From Porphyridium purpureum (Eukaryota): a stretch of DNA of 64,000 nt. The stretch's first letter is position 1. The number at the start of each line of letters is the position of its first letter. Under the pieces are notes generated by a model, which was given only the letters and a program-made list of their open reading frames with translations, had not been told where the DNA came from and searched no databases. The DNA is taken from the NCBI GenBank assembly GCA_008690995.1, contig VRMN01000005.1, positions 868,001 through 932,000 on the forward strand. The letters are read 5' to 3'. This document shows, piece after piece, positions 43,402 to 53,119 of this stretch. The position numbers were made by a program, and so were the translations under genes.

Positions 43402-45107
43402 CAGCCAGTGACAATCAATTAAAAACACGCGCTGTTTTGAAGATTTTCTATGAAAATAAGTAATTTTAGAATAAAATTGAAAAAGGTCGACCTTTCGGTA
43501 ACCGTGCGAGCGTCCAAACGATTAAAAACAGTGCAGTCAAACACACATTCCAGGGGTCATAGAGCATGGACATGAGCGCGCGGCGCGGTTTCATTAGGAG
43601 CACAGCAATGTCTTTCAGTGGACAAGAGCCCAGCATGATTGGTGGTGTGGTTACGGAGGAATGCATGATGCGGGTGATCACAAATTGACTATTGAGATTT
43701 TGCTCCGTTCCATTAGTACAAAGGTATTTGAATAGCCTCAAAACGGAAAAGAAACGGAGACCCGATCAGAATGACGCAAGAATAACATCCGAACCGCATC
43801 TAAAGCTTGAAAATGTCCCAAAGCAAGGCCTTCTTTTGCTGCGGTTTTGACTTGCACAGAGTTCTAATCAGCATGTGCCGAGCCAATTTCAGCGCAACGA
43901 ACCAGACTTGGAACCAGAAATAAGCGCACGTGCGAGACGAAGACGACCATACCAGATTTGGAGAACTGTCATGGACACACACAAAATGAATGAGTTGTTT
44001 TTGCTGCTGAAGACAGAGAAAAACTTGCAAGTGTTATTTACGGACCTAAAAGGCTCGAATTGGAGGGTTCTGATGGTGTCCTCTTCTCTTAGGGAGGGCC
44101 AGAGCTTACCCCAGTCAACCATTTCATCTGTACATTTGGTGCACACAGCTTGATAACTTGGGAGTGCCAATCGCACCCGAAAATTTAGACTTCTCCTTCG
44201 CATGCAACTATCGTATCCCTATTGAGAGGAGCGCAAGAAACGAGAACATGTTGGACAGATTTCGGGTGAATATGAGAGCCGTAAAAAAGCTCAGTTGCTT
44301 CATGTTTATGTCGCTCTATGTAGCTTATCTCAAGGCAGAGCAAACAGGGTATGTAACGATCCACCCCTTTGTCCACCTGCAGCTTTTTTCTAATCCCCTC
44401 TTTAATCTTTTTGTTACAGTCTAAAGTCTATTCTAATGGGCATTGTACCACTCGGTACAGTGCATCGGCCCCCAAAATAACTGGGCGGTCCGGTTAGCTT
44501 TAGGGTCTAGTTGTAGGGTATTTAAGCTCTGCCGCTTCACGGCGGGGATTGGAGAAGGAGAGAGAGAGAGACAGAAGAGGAGAGAGAGTAAAAGACGTTG
44601 GTTTTGAACGCTTGGGGTCTGGGACACGAGCGGACGATTGGGGTAACCCCCCAAATCGTGGCAGGTACCGATTGAAAAGCAAATGTGTGGAAGCTAGAGA
44701 TAGTCCTGCGCTCCCGCGAGACTTGGATTCAATTGACCATGTTCGGAGACATGTAGCAGGCCACGTTTACGGTGAATTCCAGCAGTTTTATAGCGTGAAA
44801 GAGCTGCGAAAGGCAGATTAGGACGCCCTGGCGAAAATGGAGGGCTCCTGCGTCACAGGCTCGCGTGACAGTGTGTCGAAGGGAGTCGTTGGAAAGGTCT
44901 TGGGCCAAGGAAGGACGTGGCGCTTTTAGAACTCGCTTTGACTCTTCACTGCTGCGGTAAACTCTCTGAACTTGCTCTGTTTTTAATCGTTTGTCACTTT
45001 CCCTTCGCGCGTAAATTCTCTACTTCAACGACTTTACACTAAATTTACCATGTTTTGTTATAAAAGGTAACGACTAGCGAGTGTTTTTAATTGATTGTCA
45101 CTTGCTG
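43402..45107 (+). mobile_element. Decayed Tc3-like IR/DR DNA transposon (copy A), TA-flanked
   Basis: 32-bp TIRs with 2 mismatches (43402-43433 / 45076-45107), TA on both sides, inner inverted 17-mer CAAACGATTAAAAACAG (43515-43531 / 44977-44993). Transposase traces VLFTD, LEGSDG and DSPALPRDLDSID (cf. DWPARSPDLNPIE). Confidence 0.92.
44352..44663 (+). mobile_element. Solo LTR (312 bp) inserted in the copy A transposase
   Basis: TGTAACGAT...ATCGTGGCA termini, 4-bp TSD GGTA (44348-44351 / 44664-44667), internal TATTTAA and AGTAAA. Removing it restores the frame AEQTG-Y-RLKSKCVE. Confidence 0.85.
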
Positions 45108-46404
45108 TATACCCAACATCTAATTTGTTGCCGCTACCAGTTTAACTGCCTTAACCGATACGCTTATCGGGGTAGAGAAATGAACCGCTAAGTGAAGAGG
45201 AAAAGTTTCATCGCGGGACGATCACAACCTGCTCCAGCACTCTTGGTGTTCCAGAAGCAAGACCACTCCAACACAACAGCTCAAACTACCAACTTCCACC
45301 CCACACTGACGTGAATACGTGCCTTCTTTGACCTTGACATGCATGAGCTAAACCGTACGACCCGAGACGCACTCACTCAACTACACACGAGACACAGAAA
45401 GACACCGAAGATTCTCACAAAGAACTACCTTTACAGTTCTTTCCCACGATGAAACAATCCTACCTTTTTTAGGGATCCAGAACGATTTGGCTATTGCACG
45501 AAGGTTGCCACCCTTTTGCACCCTGCAGTCGTTGCTGCTCATTGACGTCGCTTGTCACGAGGATCGTTTCTTGCGATTACGTTTTGCCAGTCGCCGCTCA
45601 TCATTGTTAGCGCCCAGTGTCACGGAACGGTGCGGCATCGCCAGGCGTTTTACATTCGCCCATCGGCAGCAGCCTCTGTCATTTGCAATGCAGATGAGTC
45701 CTCACTCACTTTTCGCTTCTTCAATACAGTGCGCCGTAAAGTGCGACCAGAATGGATAGGACCCCCCACAATTTTATACTCAATTTTAGAGTTTTATATT
45801 AAAAATAAAGTGTTTTAGTATGAAAAGGACAAGAAACGGAAGAAGGGCATGGAAAAAGGACAAAAAAGCGGGTCAAATAGGATAGGACCCCCAACTTTGT
45901 GCGTGCAATTGCGCTGCAAGGCGCAGGCGAAATCGACTCGGATTGCCTCCCACCTATGCACGCTGACGTTGCGCACATCTCCACATTCGATTTTCCACTG
46001 ACAAATGCAGTATGTTGAAGCTAGCCAGCTCAACAGCGCCTTGCGCAGCAAAAACAGCACTCTTTAGCCGATCTACGGTCGCGTACTGCCTTTGGTCCCC
46101 AATAATCTTGCGGTCTGTATTCCTCAGACGTTTGCAACCATGCTGAAGTCTGAAAAGTACTCAAACCGCTCCATAATGTGGACATGGCTGCTTCGAAAGT
46201 GCTGCCTTCTTGGTCAGTAGTTTGCCGCTTCGTATTTTCTTTCACCCATATGAAGCCATGGTTCTCTAAATCGCGGCGTTTCTGAAGCTTCTCTTTGCCC
46301 TGCAACATGCGCACGTACCTATCTGCACTCACTCTGCCTTCACCAATGTGCAAACACAAACGTTTACAGCTCAAAATTTTGCCCCAGATCATGATGCTTC
46401 CCCC

Positions 46405-46682
46405 TGCTGTGTACTACACCCGCAGCCACTACAACCCCTCTCTCACCTACAGGCACCCGCCCGGATCGAACCCCGACACCAACGGCACACCAACCTCTCC
46501 TCGCACTTCGGTACCTCCTTTACTTTTCGTTTAGCTCGGGCCGCACGGCGGCGTGGATTATATACTGCCGCAAAGCCCTGGATCTAACTCAGTGGTGGGT
46601 TTGGATGGGGTTTTGGAGGGTGGACTGTACTATGGAGTACAGGTGCTACATGTGTACAGTGCATGGGGTGTACAGCATAGCA
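46405..46682 (-). repeat. 3' LTR (278 bp)
   Basis: TG...CA termini; same sequence as 52842-53119. Confidence 0.97.
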
Positions 46683-46698
46683 CATCTCCCCCACCGCC
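46683..46698 (-). other. Polypurine tract
   Basis: GGCGGTGGGGGAGATG on the element strand, directly before the 3' LTR. Confidence 0.85.
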
Positions 46699-47271
46699 TC
46701 AACCGCTTGTGCGCGCTCGGGGACCGGGAAGAGAGGAAAGGGAGGCTGGCTAGCCCGGAGGAAAACCACGCGGGAAACCGGGCAAAGGGGTCGCGGAAAA
46801 CGACCGCCGGCCAGCCCCAAACAAGCAAAAAATATTGTGAACGACGGAAAACCCATGCGACCCGGGTGTACGCGGCGGCGTCTTTGTACCTCTTTTCCGT
46901 GAGTTTTCGGTTTTCTGGTGCCGACTCCAGACGAGCACATTCCGGTGATCCAAGGTTCCGAGATAGAGGTGCAGGCTCAAGCAACACTCAAGAGGAGTTG
47001 ATTGAAGCCTTTTCCCGCGAGGGAGGGCGCTTGCGGAAACCTCGGCGATATGCAACATTTGCCGACCCACCATGAACAGAAATTCCTGATTTGCGGCCAA
47101 ACGACGCGGCGAAAGTGCGCGAAATGCAATATTGTAACCTAGATGAGGCCCACGAAGCCAGTCATCACCAAAGCAGAGCTTCTCTCGCCCTGGAACCTCC
47201 AGACACTCGTTGCTCATCCGTTGACACCGCCTGCCTCTCAACACCATATCCTCACTGTACCCACCCTGTGA

Positions 47272-47467
47272 GCCGATACGCCGATACGCCGATACGCCGA
47301 TACGCCGATACGGATAAACGGATAAACGGATAAACGGATAAACGGATAAACGGATAAACGGATAAACGGATAAACGGATAAACGGATAAACGGATAAACG
47401 GATAAACGGATAAACGGATAAACGGATAAACGGATAAACGGATAAACGGATAAACGGATAAACGGAT
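47272..47467. repeat. Compound octamer array (GCCGATAC)5(GGATAAAC)19 in the element's 3' UTR
   Basis: Counted directly: 47272-47311 and 47312-47463 plus a partial unit. Confidence 0.95.
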
Positions 47468-47562
47468 GCCTCCGCCTTTCTCACAGTCGAAGGTCGGGAA
47501 GGATAGAGAGGCAGCGCGAAAGGAGGCCGAGGCTCTTGCCACACGCCGGCGGCCCGGACCGA

Positions 47563-50500
47563 CTATAGAAAGCTCTCGCCCGACGTGGATCGCAATGCAG
47601 TGCCGCGGTGCAAGCTGCCGCGGTTGAACGCCCACACAAGGGCCGGCGGCAGGGCAGAGGAACTTTCCCACGTCCAGTCCTTCTTCCTTGCCCCCTTCCA
47701 AGCCACAAGATACTCGGCCCCGTCGCTCCGTTCGCGCCTGGCTTTCAGACCTGACACCTCAACGATGTCACCGTCGGCGTTTCCCAGGCTGGTCGAGCGC
47801 AATGTATCGTTGCTCAGTAGCGCTCGGTCCACTCTCTTCAGCCGTCGGCGATGCACGAAGAATTCTTTGCCGTCATGCGTCTTGAGCCATGCGCGATGCT
47901 CGTCAGCACGCTCAACTTCAAAAGGGCCTACCCAAGGGTCCGCCAGCTTTCGGCCCTCCCTGCCCAGCGGCGGCTTCCAAACGAACACACAGTCCCCCGG
48001 TTCAACGTCAACAATTCGACATGACGCGTTAAGCTCTCGACGTCGGGCGTCCCGGGTGGCATCATTTTCAACTACTGCGTTGTGCAAGGCCTCGAGCCTG
48101 TTGCGCAACAGAATCACAAAGGCGTCCTCCTTTCTTGCGCTGTCTTGTGGCGCTACTTCCCCTTCGGCGGCCGGGTTGAAGGGTCCCAGCCATGAATTGG
48201 CCTCTCGTCCGAACATGAGCTCGTAAGGCGTCCTCTGCGTCGTGCTGTGTCTAGTCTGGTTGAACGCGGCCACACAGGCAGGCAACCACAAATCCCAATC
48301 GTCCTCCGTGACCCACGAAGAAAGCATGTCGCAGAGTGTCCTGTTAAAGCGTTCGACCGCCCCGTTGGCTTGTGGGTTGTACGCTGTCGTAAACAGCTTT
48401 CTAACGCGCAGCATCTTGCATAACTGGCGTAGAACATCGGCTCGGAAACAGGGCCCGTTGTCGCTCAGAAGAGCTTCCGGTAGGCCAAAGATTGCAGCCC
48501 AACGATCCAAAAAAGCCTCGGCAATGGTCTCTGCCCGCTCGTCTCGCACACATATTGCTATGGTGAACCGAGTGAAAAGGTCGCTCACTACCAGGATTTT
48601 TGAATATCCAGTGCTTGTTCTCGGCGTTACCGTTAAAACGTCCGCAGCAACGACCTCGAACCGCCGGGTAACGACCCGCTTTCCCATGCGGTGGCTTGTG
48701 ACAGGGGTCGGTGAGCCCTTTCGCGCGGCGCAAGTTCTACATTGCTTTACGAACTCCAAGACGTCTTGCAGCCAGCCAGGCCACCAAAACTCCGCGTCGG
48801 ATATACGTGCCGCCGTCTTGGACACTCCGAAATGCCCGCTGAAAGGTGCTGAGTGGTAGACATCTAAAATACTGCCCACTAGTCCATCAGGGACTACCTT
48901 GCGCGGTTTGTCTTTCAGCGCGGCCCACGCAAGTCCACTTTCGTCCAGATAGTACTCCGGATAGGAATATACTCGTGGGGACTTTTGCAATGCCGCGAGC
49001 TCTTTCGATAGCAGCTCGTCCTCCCTGTACGCTGCCTTGAGCCTCTCCGGAGATGGGAGCTCGTAGCCCACGGCTTGACCAATCGCGTGCGGATCATCTT
49101 CATCTGTCGGTACTGCAGAATCCTCTGCGACGGGATCTCGTCGCGCACGCGTGCGCACTGCGTTCAGTTCGAGACGTGACAGTGCGTCCGGCACTCGATT
49201 CAAGCGGCCTTTAACATGCTCGATGGTAAACGAAAAGTCCTGAATTGTCAGTGCCCAGCGCGCCAGCCTTCCTCTTGGCTCTTTCATGGACAGGAGCCAA
49301 CGGAGAGGTTCATGGTCAGTGCGAATGCGTACGGTTGTGCCGAAAACATAGTGTCGTACCTTTTTGAGACACCAAACTACTGCAAGGCACTCCAGCTCGG
49401 TGACCGTATAATTTTGCTCCGCCGACGTCAAAGTCCGCGACAAAAAAGAGATTGGCGCAAGCTTCCCGTCCGGCATCTCCTGATACAACGCACCGCCCAG
49501 TCCTATCTGAGAGGCGTCGGTGTCGAGAACCTTTGGCGCGTTCGGATCCGCCAACACCAGCATCACTTTGTCCGACGTGAGCACCTCTTTGAATCCGTCG
49601 AAAGCGCAGCGCGCGTCTTCCCCAAAGCGTGCCTGCCAGCCGGCGCACTCTAGATCTGTATTGCGGTGTGCCTTCTTTGCATTGACGTCCAAGCCATCCA
49701 GCGCTCTCCGGAGCGGCGCCGCGCGATCCGAGAACCTGGGTATGAAGTCCCTGAACCAATTCACAAGCCCTAAGAAACGCAGCAGCTCTGTTGGGCCCTT
49801 AGGGTAAGGCCACTTGAGAATGGCTGCCGTACTTTTTCCCCCCGGCCGAATGCGGCCTTCTTCCACTTCATGTCCCAGGAAACTGAGCCTTGCCGTAGCG
49901 AATTTGCACTTTTGCAGGGAAAATGTCATGTTCTCTTCCTGGAACTTGCTTAGCACTACGTCTAGGACCTCCAAATGTTTTTCTATCGTTTTGGTCCCTG
50001 TCAACATATCGTCTAGGTACATCAGGATGTGTTTCCATCGAAGCGACCCAAGTATCGTGTTCACAAGTCTCTGGAAGGTAGCGGGCGAGTTTCGGAGGCC
50101 CTGTGCAAGGACTGTGTAGCGGAACAGTCCCTCCGCCGTTATCATACCGGTGAAGTCCCGCGAGGACTCCGCGAGGGGAACTTGGAAGAAACCGTCAGCC
50201 AGGTCCATCACAGAGAAGACTCCACACGGGAGGAAGCGTCCCATCCAATCTAAGCATTCGCGCACGTCAGGGATTGGGTATCTATCTGGAACGGTGTGGC
50301 TGTTCAATTGGCGGAAATCCGTAGTCAGCCGCCACTTACCGTTTGGCTTTCGAATGATAACGTTCGCGCTGGCATATGGGCCCGAGCAAGGCTCGAGGAT
50401 GCCCAAAGATAATAAACGCTGGACTAGCGTGCTCTCGGCCTCTCTTTCAACTTCAGACAATCTACGCAGGCGGGCCGGGGTAAGACGTGCGCCTGGATCA

Positions 50501-51360
50501 ATAGCAATGGAGTGCTCAGTAGACCGTGTGCGACCTGGACGGTCCCGGAACACCCTCCAGTGCTTGAGCAACACCGCCCGAAGACCACTTTGGTGAAGCA
50601 CGTCTACGTGGCTGAGGTCTACATCCATAATGCGAGCACGCGTCTCCTCTTCGTCCTCTTGCATTACGTTTGGACTCCCGAGCTTACTTGCGTCTCTTTG
50701 CTCTACCCCAACGCAATCAATTAAGTTCAGTGATTTTGCAGGCGCTCCCTCTAAGAGGCGAATCGTGGCGCCGTCTTTCATTTCGAGCTCGCCCTTGCCA
50801 AAGGAAAGCGCGTTAGCATTAGCAACCCAGAAATCCCATCCCAGGATAAGATCTTCGATAAGATCTTCGGCAACTAATGCGCGCACCTGGTACATTGACT
50901 GGCCAATTTGTAGCTGAAGCTCTGATGCTCCGACAATACCGAGGGAGCTTCCGCCTGCAGTTCGACACTCCTGCGCCACGTCCTGTATTACGGCTCCTAG
51001 AGAACTGACCCACTTTGCTCGCGCATATACACCGGCAATCCCTACAGCACCCGTGTCGGCAAGAGCATCTACGGCAGATCCCGAGACCTTGACAGGCGTG
51101 CGACCCGATCGCATGACACGTGCTTTGGCCAACACGCGCACGTACGGGACTCTGCCAGAAGCAGATTCCACCAGATGGTTTAAGACTTCCAAGGTTGGAC
51201 TCGCTCGCAGGATTCGCTTCGGCCCTAGAGCTAGATCATCAATCACGGAACTTGTTCGAATTTCGGTGTTCTCTTCACCTACGCTGGGCTTGCGATATCC
51301 CAACGCTTCCATGGCCTCATCCACGGCCCTCCCATTCCACGCTACCACGCGTCCGCGTAG
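47563..51360 (-). CDS. pol: Pol polyprotein (protease, RT, RNase H, integrase, GPY/F, chromodomain), in frame with gag
   Basis: LADTGA, DFRQLN, YLDD, TDAS, ELECLA, H..GH..C..C, SDNG, NGAVERFN, WVGPF, EYLVAWKG...TWE. Confidence 0.97.
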   Translation of the reverse strand, partial: LRGRVVAWNGRAVDEAMEALGYRKPSVGEENTEIRTSSVIDDLALGPKRILRASPTLEVLNHLVESASGRVPYVRVLAKARVMRSGRTPVKVSGSAVDALADTGAVGIAGVYARAKWVSSLGAVIQDVAQECRTAGGSSLGIVGASELQLQIGQSMYQVRALVAEDLIEDLILGWDFWVANANALSFGKGELEMKDGATIRLLEGAPAKSLNLIDCVGVEQRDASKLGSPNVMQEDEEETRARIMDVDLSHVDVLHQSGLRAVLLKHWRVFRDRPGRTRSTEHSIAIDPGARLTPARLRRLSEVEREAESTLVQRLLSLGILEPCSGPYASANVIIRKPNGKWRLTTDFRQLNSHTVPDRYPIPDVRECLDWMGRFLPCGVFSVMDLADGFFQVPLAESSRDFTGMITAEGLFRYTVLAQGLRNSPATFQRLVNTILGSLRWKHILMYLDDMLTGTKTIEKHLEVLDVVLSKFQEENMTFSLQKCKFATARLSFLGHEVEEGRIRPGGKSTAAILKWPYPKGPTELLRFLGLVNWFRDFIPRFSDRAAPLRRALDGLDVNAKKAHRNTDLECAGWQARFGEDARCAFDGFKEVLTSDKVMLVLADPNAPKVLDTDASQIGLGGALYQEMPDGKLAPISFLSRTLTSAEQNYTVTELECLAVVWCLKKVRHYVFGTTVRIRTDHEPLRWLLSMKEPRGRLARWALTIQDFSFTIEHVKGRLNRVPDALSRLELNAVRTRARRDPVAEDSAVPTDEDDPHAIGQAVGYELPSPERLKAAYREDELLSKELAALQKSPRVYSYPEYYLDESGLAWAALKDKPRKVVPDGLVGSILDVYHSAPFSGHFGVSKTAARISDAEFWWPGWLQDVLEFVKQCRTCAARKGSPTPVTSHRMGKRVVTRRFEVVAADVLTVTPRTSTGYSKILVVSDLFTRFTIAICVRDERAETIAEAFLDRWAAIFGLPEALLSDNGPCFRADVLRQLCKMLRVRKLFTTAYNPQANGAVERFNRTLCDMLSSWVTEDDWDLWLPACVAAFNQTRHSTTQRTPYELMFGREANSWLGPFNPAAEGEVAPQDSARKEDAFVILLRNRLEALHNAVVENDATRDARRRELNASCRIVDVEPGDCVFVWKPPLGREGRKLADPWVGPFEVERADEHRAWLKTHDGKEFFVHRRRLKRVDRALLSNDTLRSTSLGNADGDIVEVSGLKARRERSDGAEYLVAWKGARKKDWTWESSSALPPALVWAFNRGSLHRGTALRSTSGESFL

Positions 51361-52572
51361 TCACTCGCTCGCAGGCGCCGCCGAGGTAGCTCTGCGCACC
51401 GGTGCTGGCGCCAGGCAGTCTCCGGCATAGTGTCCTGTCCCTTGGCAGCGGCGACACCCCACTCGATCCGAGTTGGCCATTAAACGGTTCCCCCCGATTC
51501 CGGGCACGCCCAAAACGGCTGCCACCCGGTCCGCCAGGAACTCCACTTCGATCAACTTTTGATCCTCTGTCTCCTTCGCCGGGTCAGGAGGTACACCCCC
51601 AAGATTTGGTTCGGAATCATGAAGTACATTGACCGCAGCCCCCGGTGGACGGAAAACCGGTCTCCCTTGGGCAAAGCTTCGTCCCTTCTCCAGTGTCGAC
51701 CCGTAGTTTTTCTCCAACGGTAAAATCATTCCGAAGAATGTTTCTGTGGCAGCGTGGAGACGACCCATCTGTTGAATATCTCGAGGAAGTCCTCGAACAA
51801 AGTCGCTCTTCATCGACGCCTCGGATTTCCCAAGAGCAGCGCCGAGCTCGTACACGGCGCGGTGATAGTTTGCCACTGACTCGCCCTTCGTCCATTTCCT
51901 CTCGCAGTACTCTTGTTCCACAGATTCCAAAAGCTGAGGAGACCAGAAAACCGAACGCGCCCACGCCCAACGCTGCTGAGCCGAGTACTCCGTCGCAAGC
52001 TCGCCGTTCTTCTCGGCAGTGCGATAAACCTGCTCAGCCGAATCCGCAAAAGCTAGAACCACAAACTTTGCCGTGAGGTCGGCTGGAATGTGGCGACATG
52101 CTTCCACCCAGGTCAAATACGTGGTTTCGAACCTGAGATCACGCGCGTGACGGATGCGACAGTCTTTCATCTCGAGAATGACCGACCTCTTCATTTCTTG
52201 CTCGAGTTTGATGAGCCGGAGCTCCTCAGTGGACATTGTCAACAGGCTCGAACCATCAGAGACCGCCAGTGCAGTCCCGATTCTGGACGCGCGGCTGGGC
52301 TCCCCCGGTGGCTCGGCACCATGTTCGGCGGATCTTGGCCGAGAACCGCGATCCTGCGCGTCCGCAATCGTCGGTTCGTCCAGCTGCGGTCCGAGACGCT
52401 GAAAGATCATCTCCATTCTCTGACGTATCTGGTCAATGCTTTCGCGCAGCTGCTCCTGGCCGGATGCGATCAGCTCTACACGTCCCTGGAGTGCCGCCAC
52501 ATCAGCCGTGACGCTCGCTACAGTTGGACGCCCGGCCATTTCCCCCAAGATATCCGACAGGCGTCCGGACAT
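51361..52572 (-). CDS. gag: Gag with CCHC zinc knuckle
   Basis: GESVANY...L....G.......FVRGL (major homology region-like) and CRRCQGTGHYAGDC. Confidence 0.93.
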   Translation of the reverse strand: MSGRLSDILGEMAGRPTVASVTADVAALQGRVELIASGQEQLRESIDQIRQRMEMIFQRLGPQLDEPTIADAQDRGSRPRSAEHGAEPPGEPSRASRIGTALAVSDGSSLLTMSTEELRLIKLEQEMKRSVILEMKDCRIRHARDLRFETTYLTWVEACRHIPADLTAKFVVLAFADSAEQVYRTAEKNGELATEYSAQQRWAWARSVFWSPQLLESVEQEYCERKWTKGESVANYHRAVYELGAALGKSEASMKSDFVRGLPRDIQQMGRLHAATETFFGMILPLEKNYGSTLEKGRSFAQGRPVFRPPGAAVNVLHDSEPNLGGVPPDPAKETEDQKLIEVEFLADRVAAVLGVPGIGGNRLMANSDRVGCRRCQGTGHYAGDCLAPAPVRRATSAAPASE

Positions 52573-52841
52573 AAATCAGATAATCAGTCAGTCCCTAGAA
52601 ATCAAACGCAAAAGTGTGCAATGCGTGTGCTGAAGCCACCCGGCTTCCCACACAAGTTCAAAAACCAAACAGAACTATCTTTTCAAAGCCACCCGACTTC
52701 AAACGAGACACCAGAGCCACCCGACCTGGCACCTCTCCCCCACGTCGCCCTGGTTCCGGGCCACCCGACCACCAACCAGACCGGCCCGCGCGCTCCCACA
52801 AGAAATTACTCAAGAATGGGGCAACGCTAATTCTAGAATTA

Positions 52842-53119
52842 TGCTGTGTACTACACCCGCAGCCACTACAACCCCTCTCTCACCTACAGGCACCCGCCCG
52901 GATCGAACCCCGACACCAACGGCACACCAACCTCTCCTCGCACTTCGGTACCTCCTTTACTTTTCGTTTAGCTCGGGCCGCACGGCGGCGTGGATTATAT
53001 ACTGCCGCAAAGCCCTGGATCTAACTCAGTGGTGGGTTTGGATGGGGTTTTGGAGGGTGGACTGTACTATGGAGTACAGGTGCTACATGTGTACAGTGCA
53101 TGGGGTGTACAGCATAGCA
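52842..53119 (-). repeat. 5' LTR (278 bp) with TATATAA box and CTGTAC cluster in U3
   Basis: Same sequence as 46405-46682; TATATAA on the minus strand near 53000. Confidence 0.97.

Larger units (their letters stand above)
46405..53119 (-). mobile_element. Full-length, apparently intact chromodomain Ty3/gypsy LTR retrotransposon
   Basis: Two LTRs identical by eye, CCCC target duplication (46401-46404 / 53120-53123), PPT, open gag and pol in PR-RT-RH-IN-chromo order. Confidence 0.98.

Noticed and set aside
47272..47467. Octamer array as a CRISPR array or telomere
   Set aside because: No spacers, the unit is too short, there is no G-run typical of telomeres, and it is internal to a retroelement.
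46750..47701. ORFs with RLSVYPFI peptide repeats
   Set aside because: Translations of the stop-free octamer array; no independent coding signal.
52842..53000. Tf1-type self-primer in the LTR R region
   Set aside because: Only a 5-nt complement (GCTAA) to the post-LTR sequence was found.
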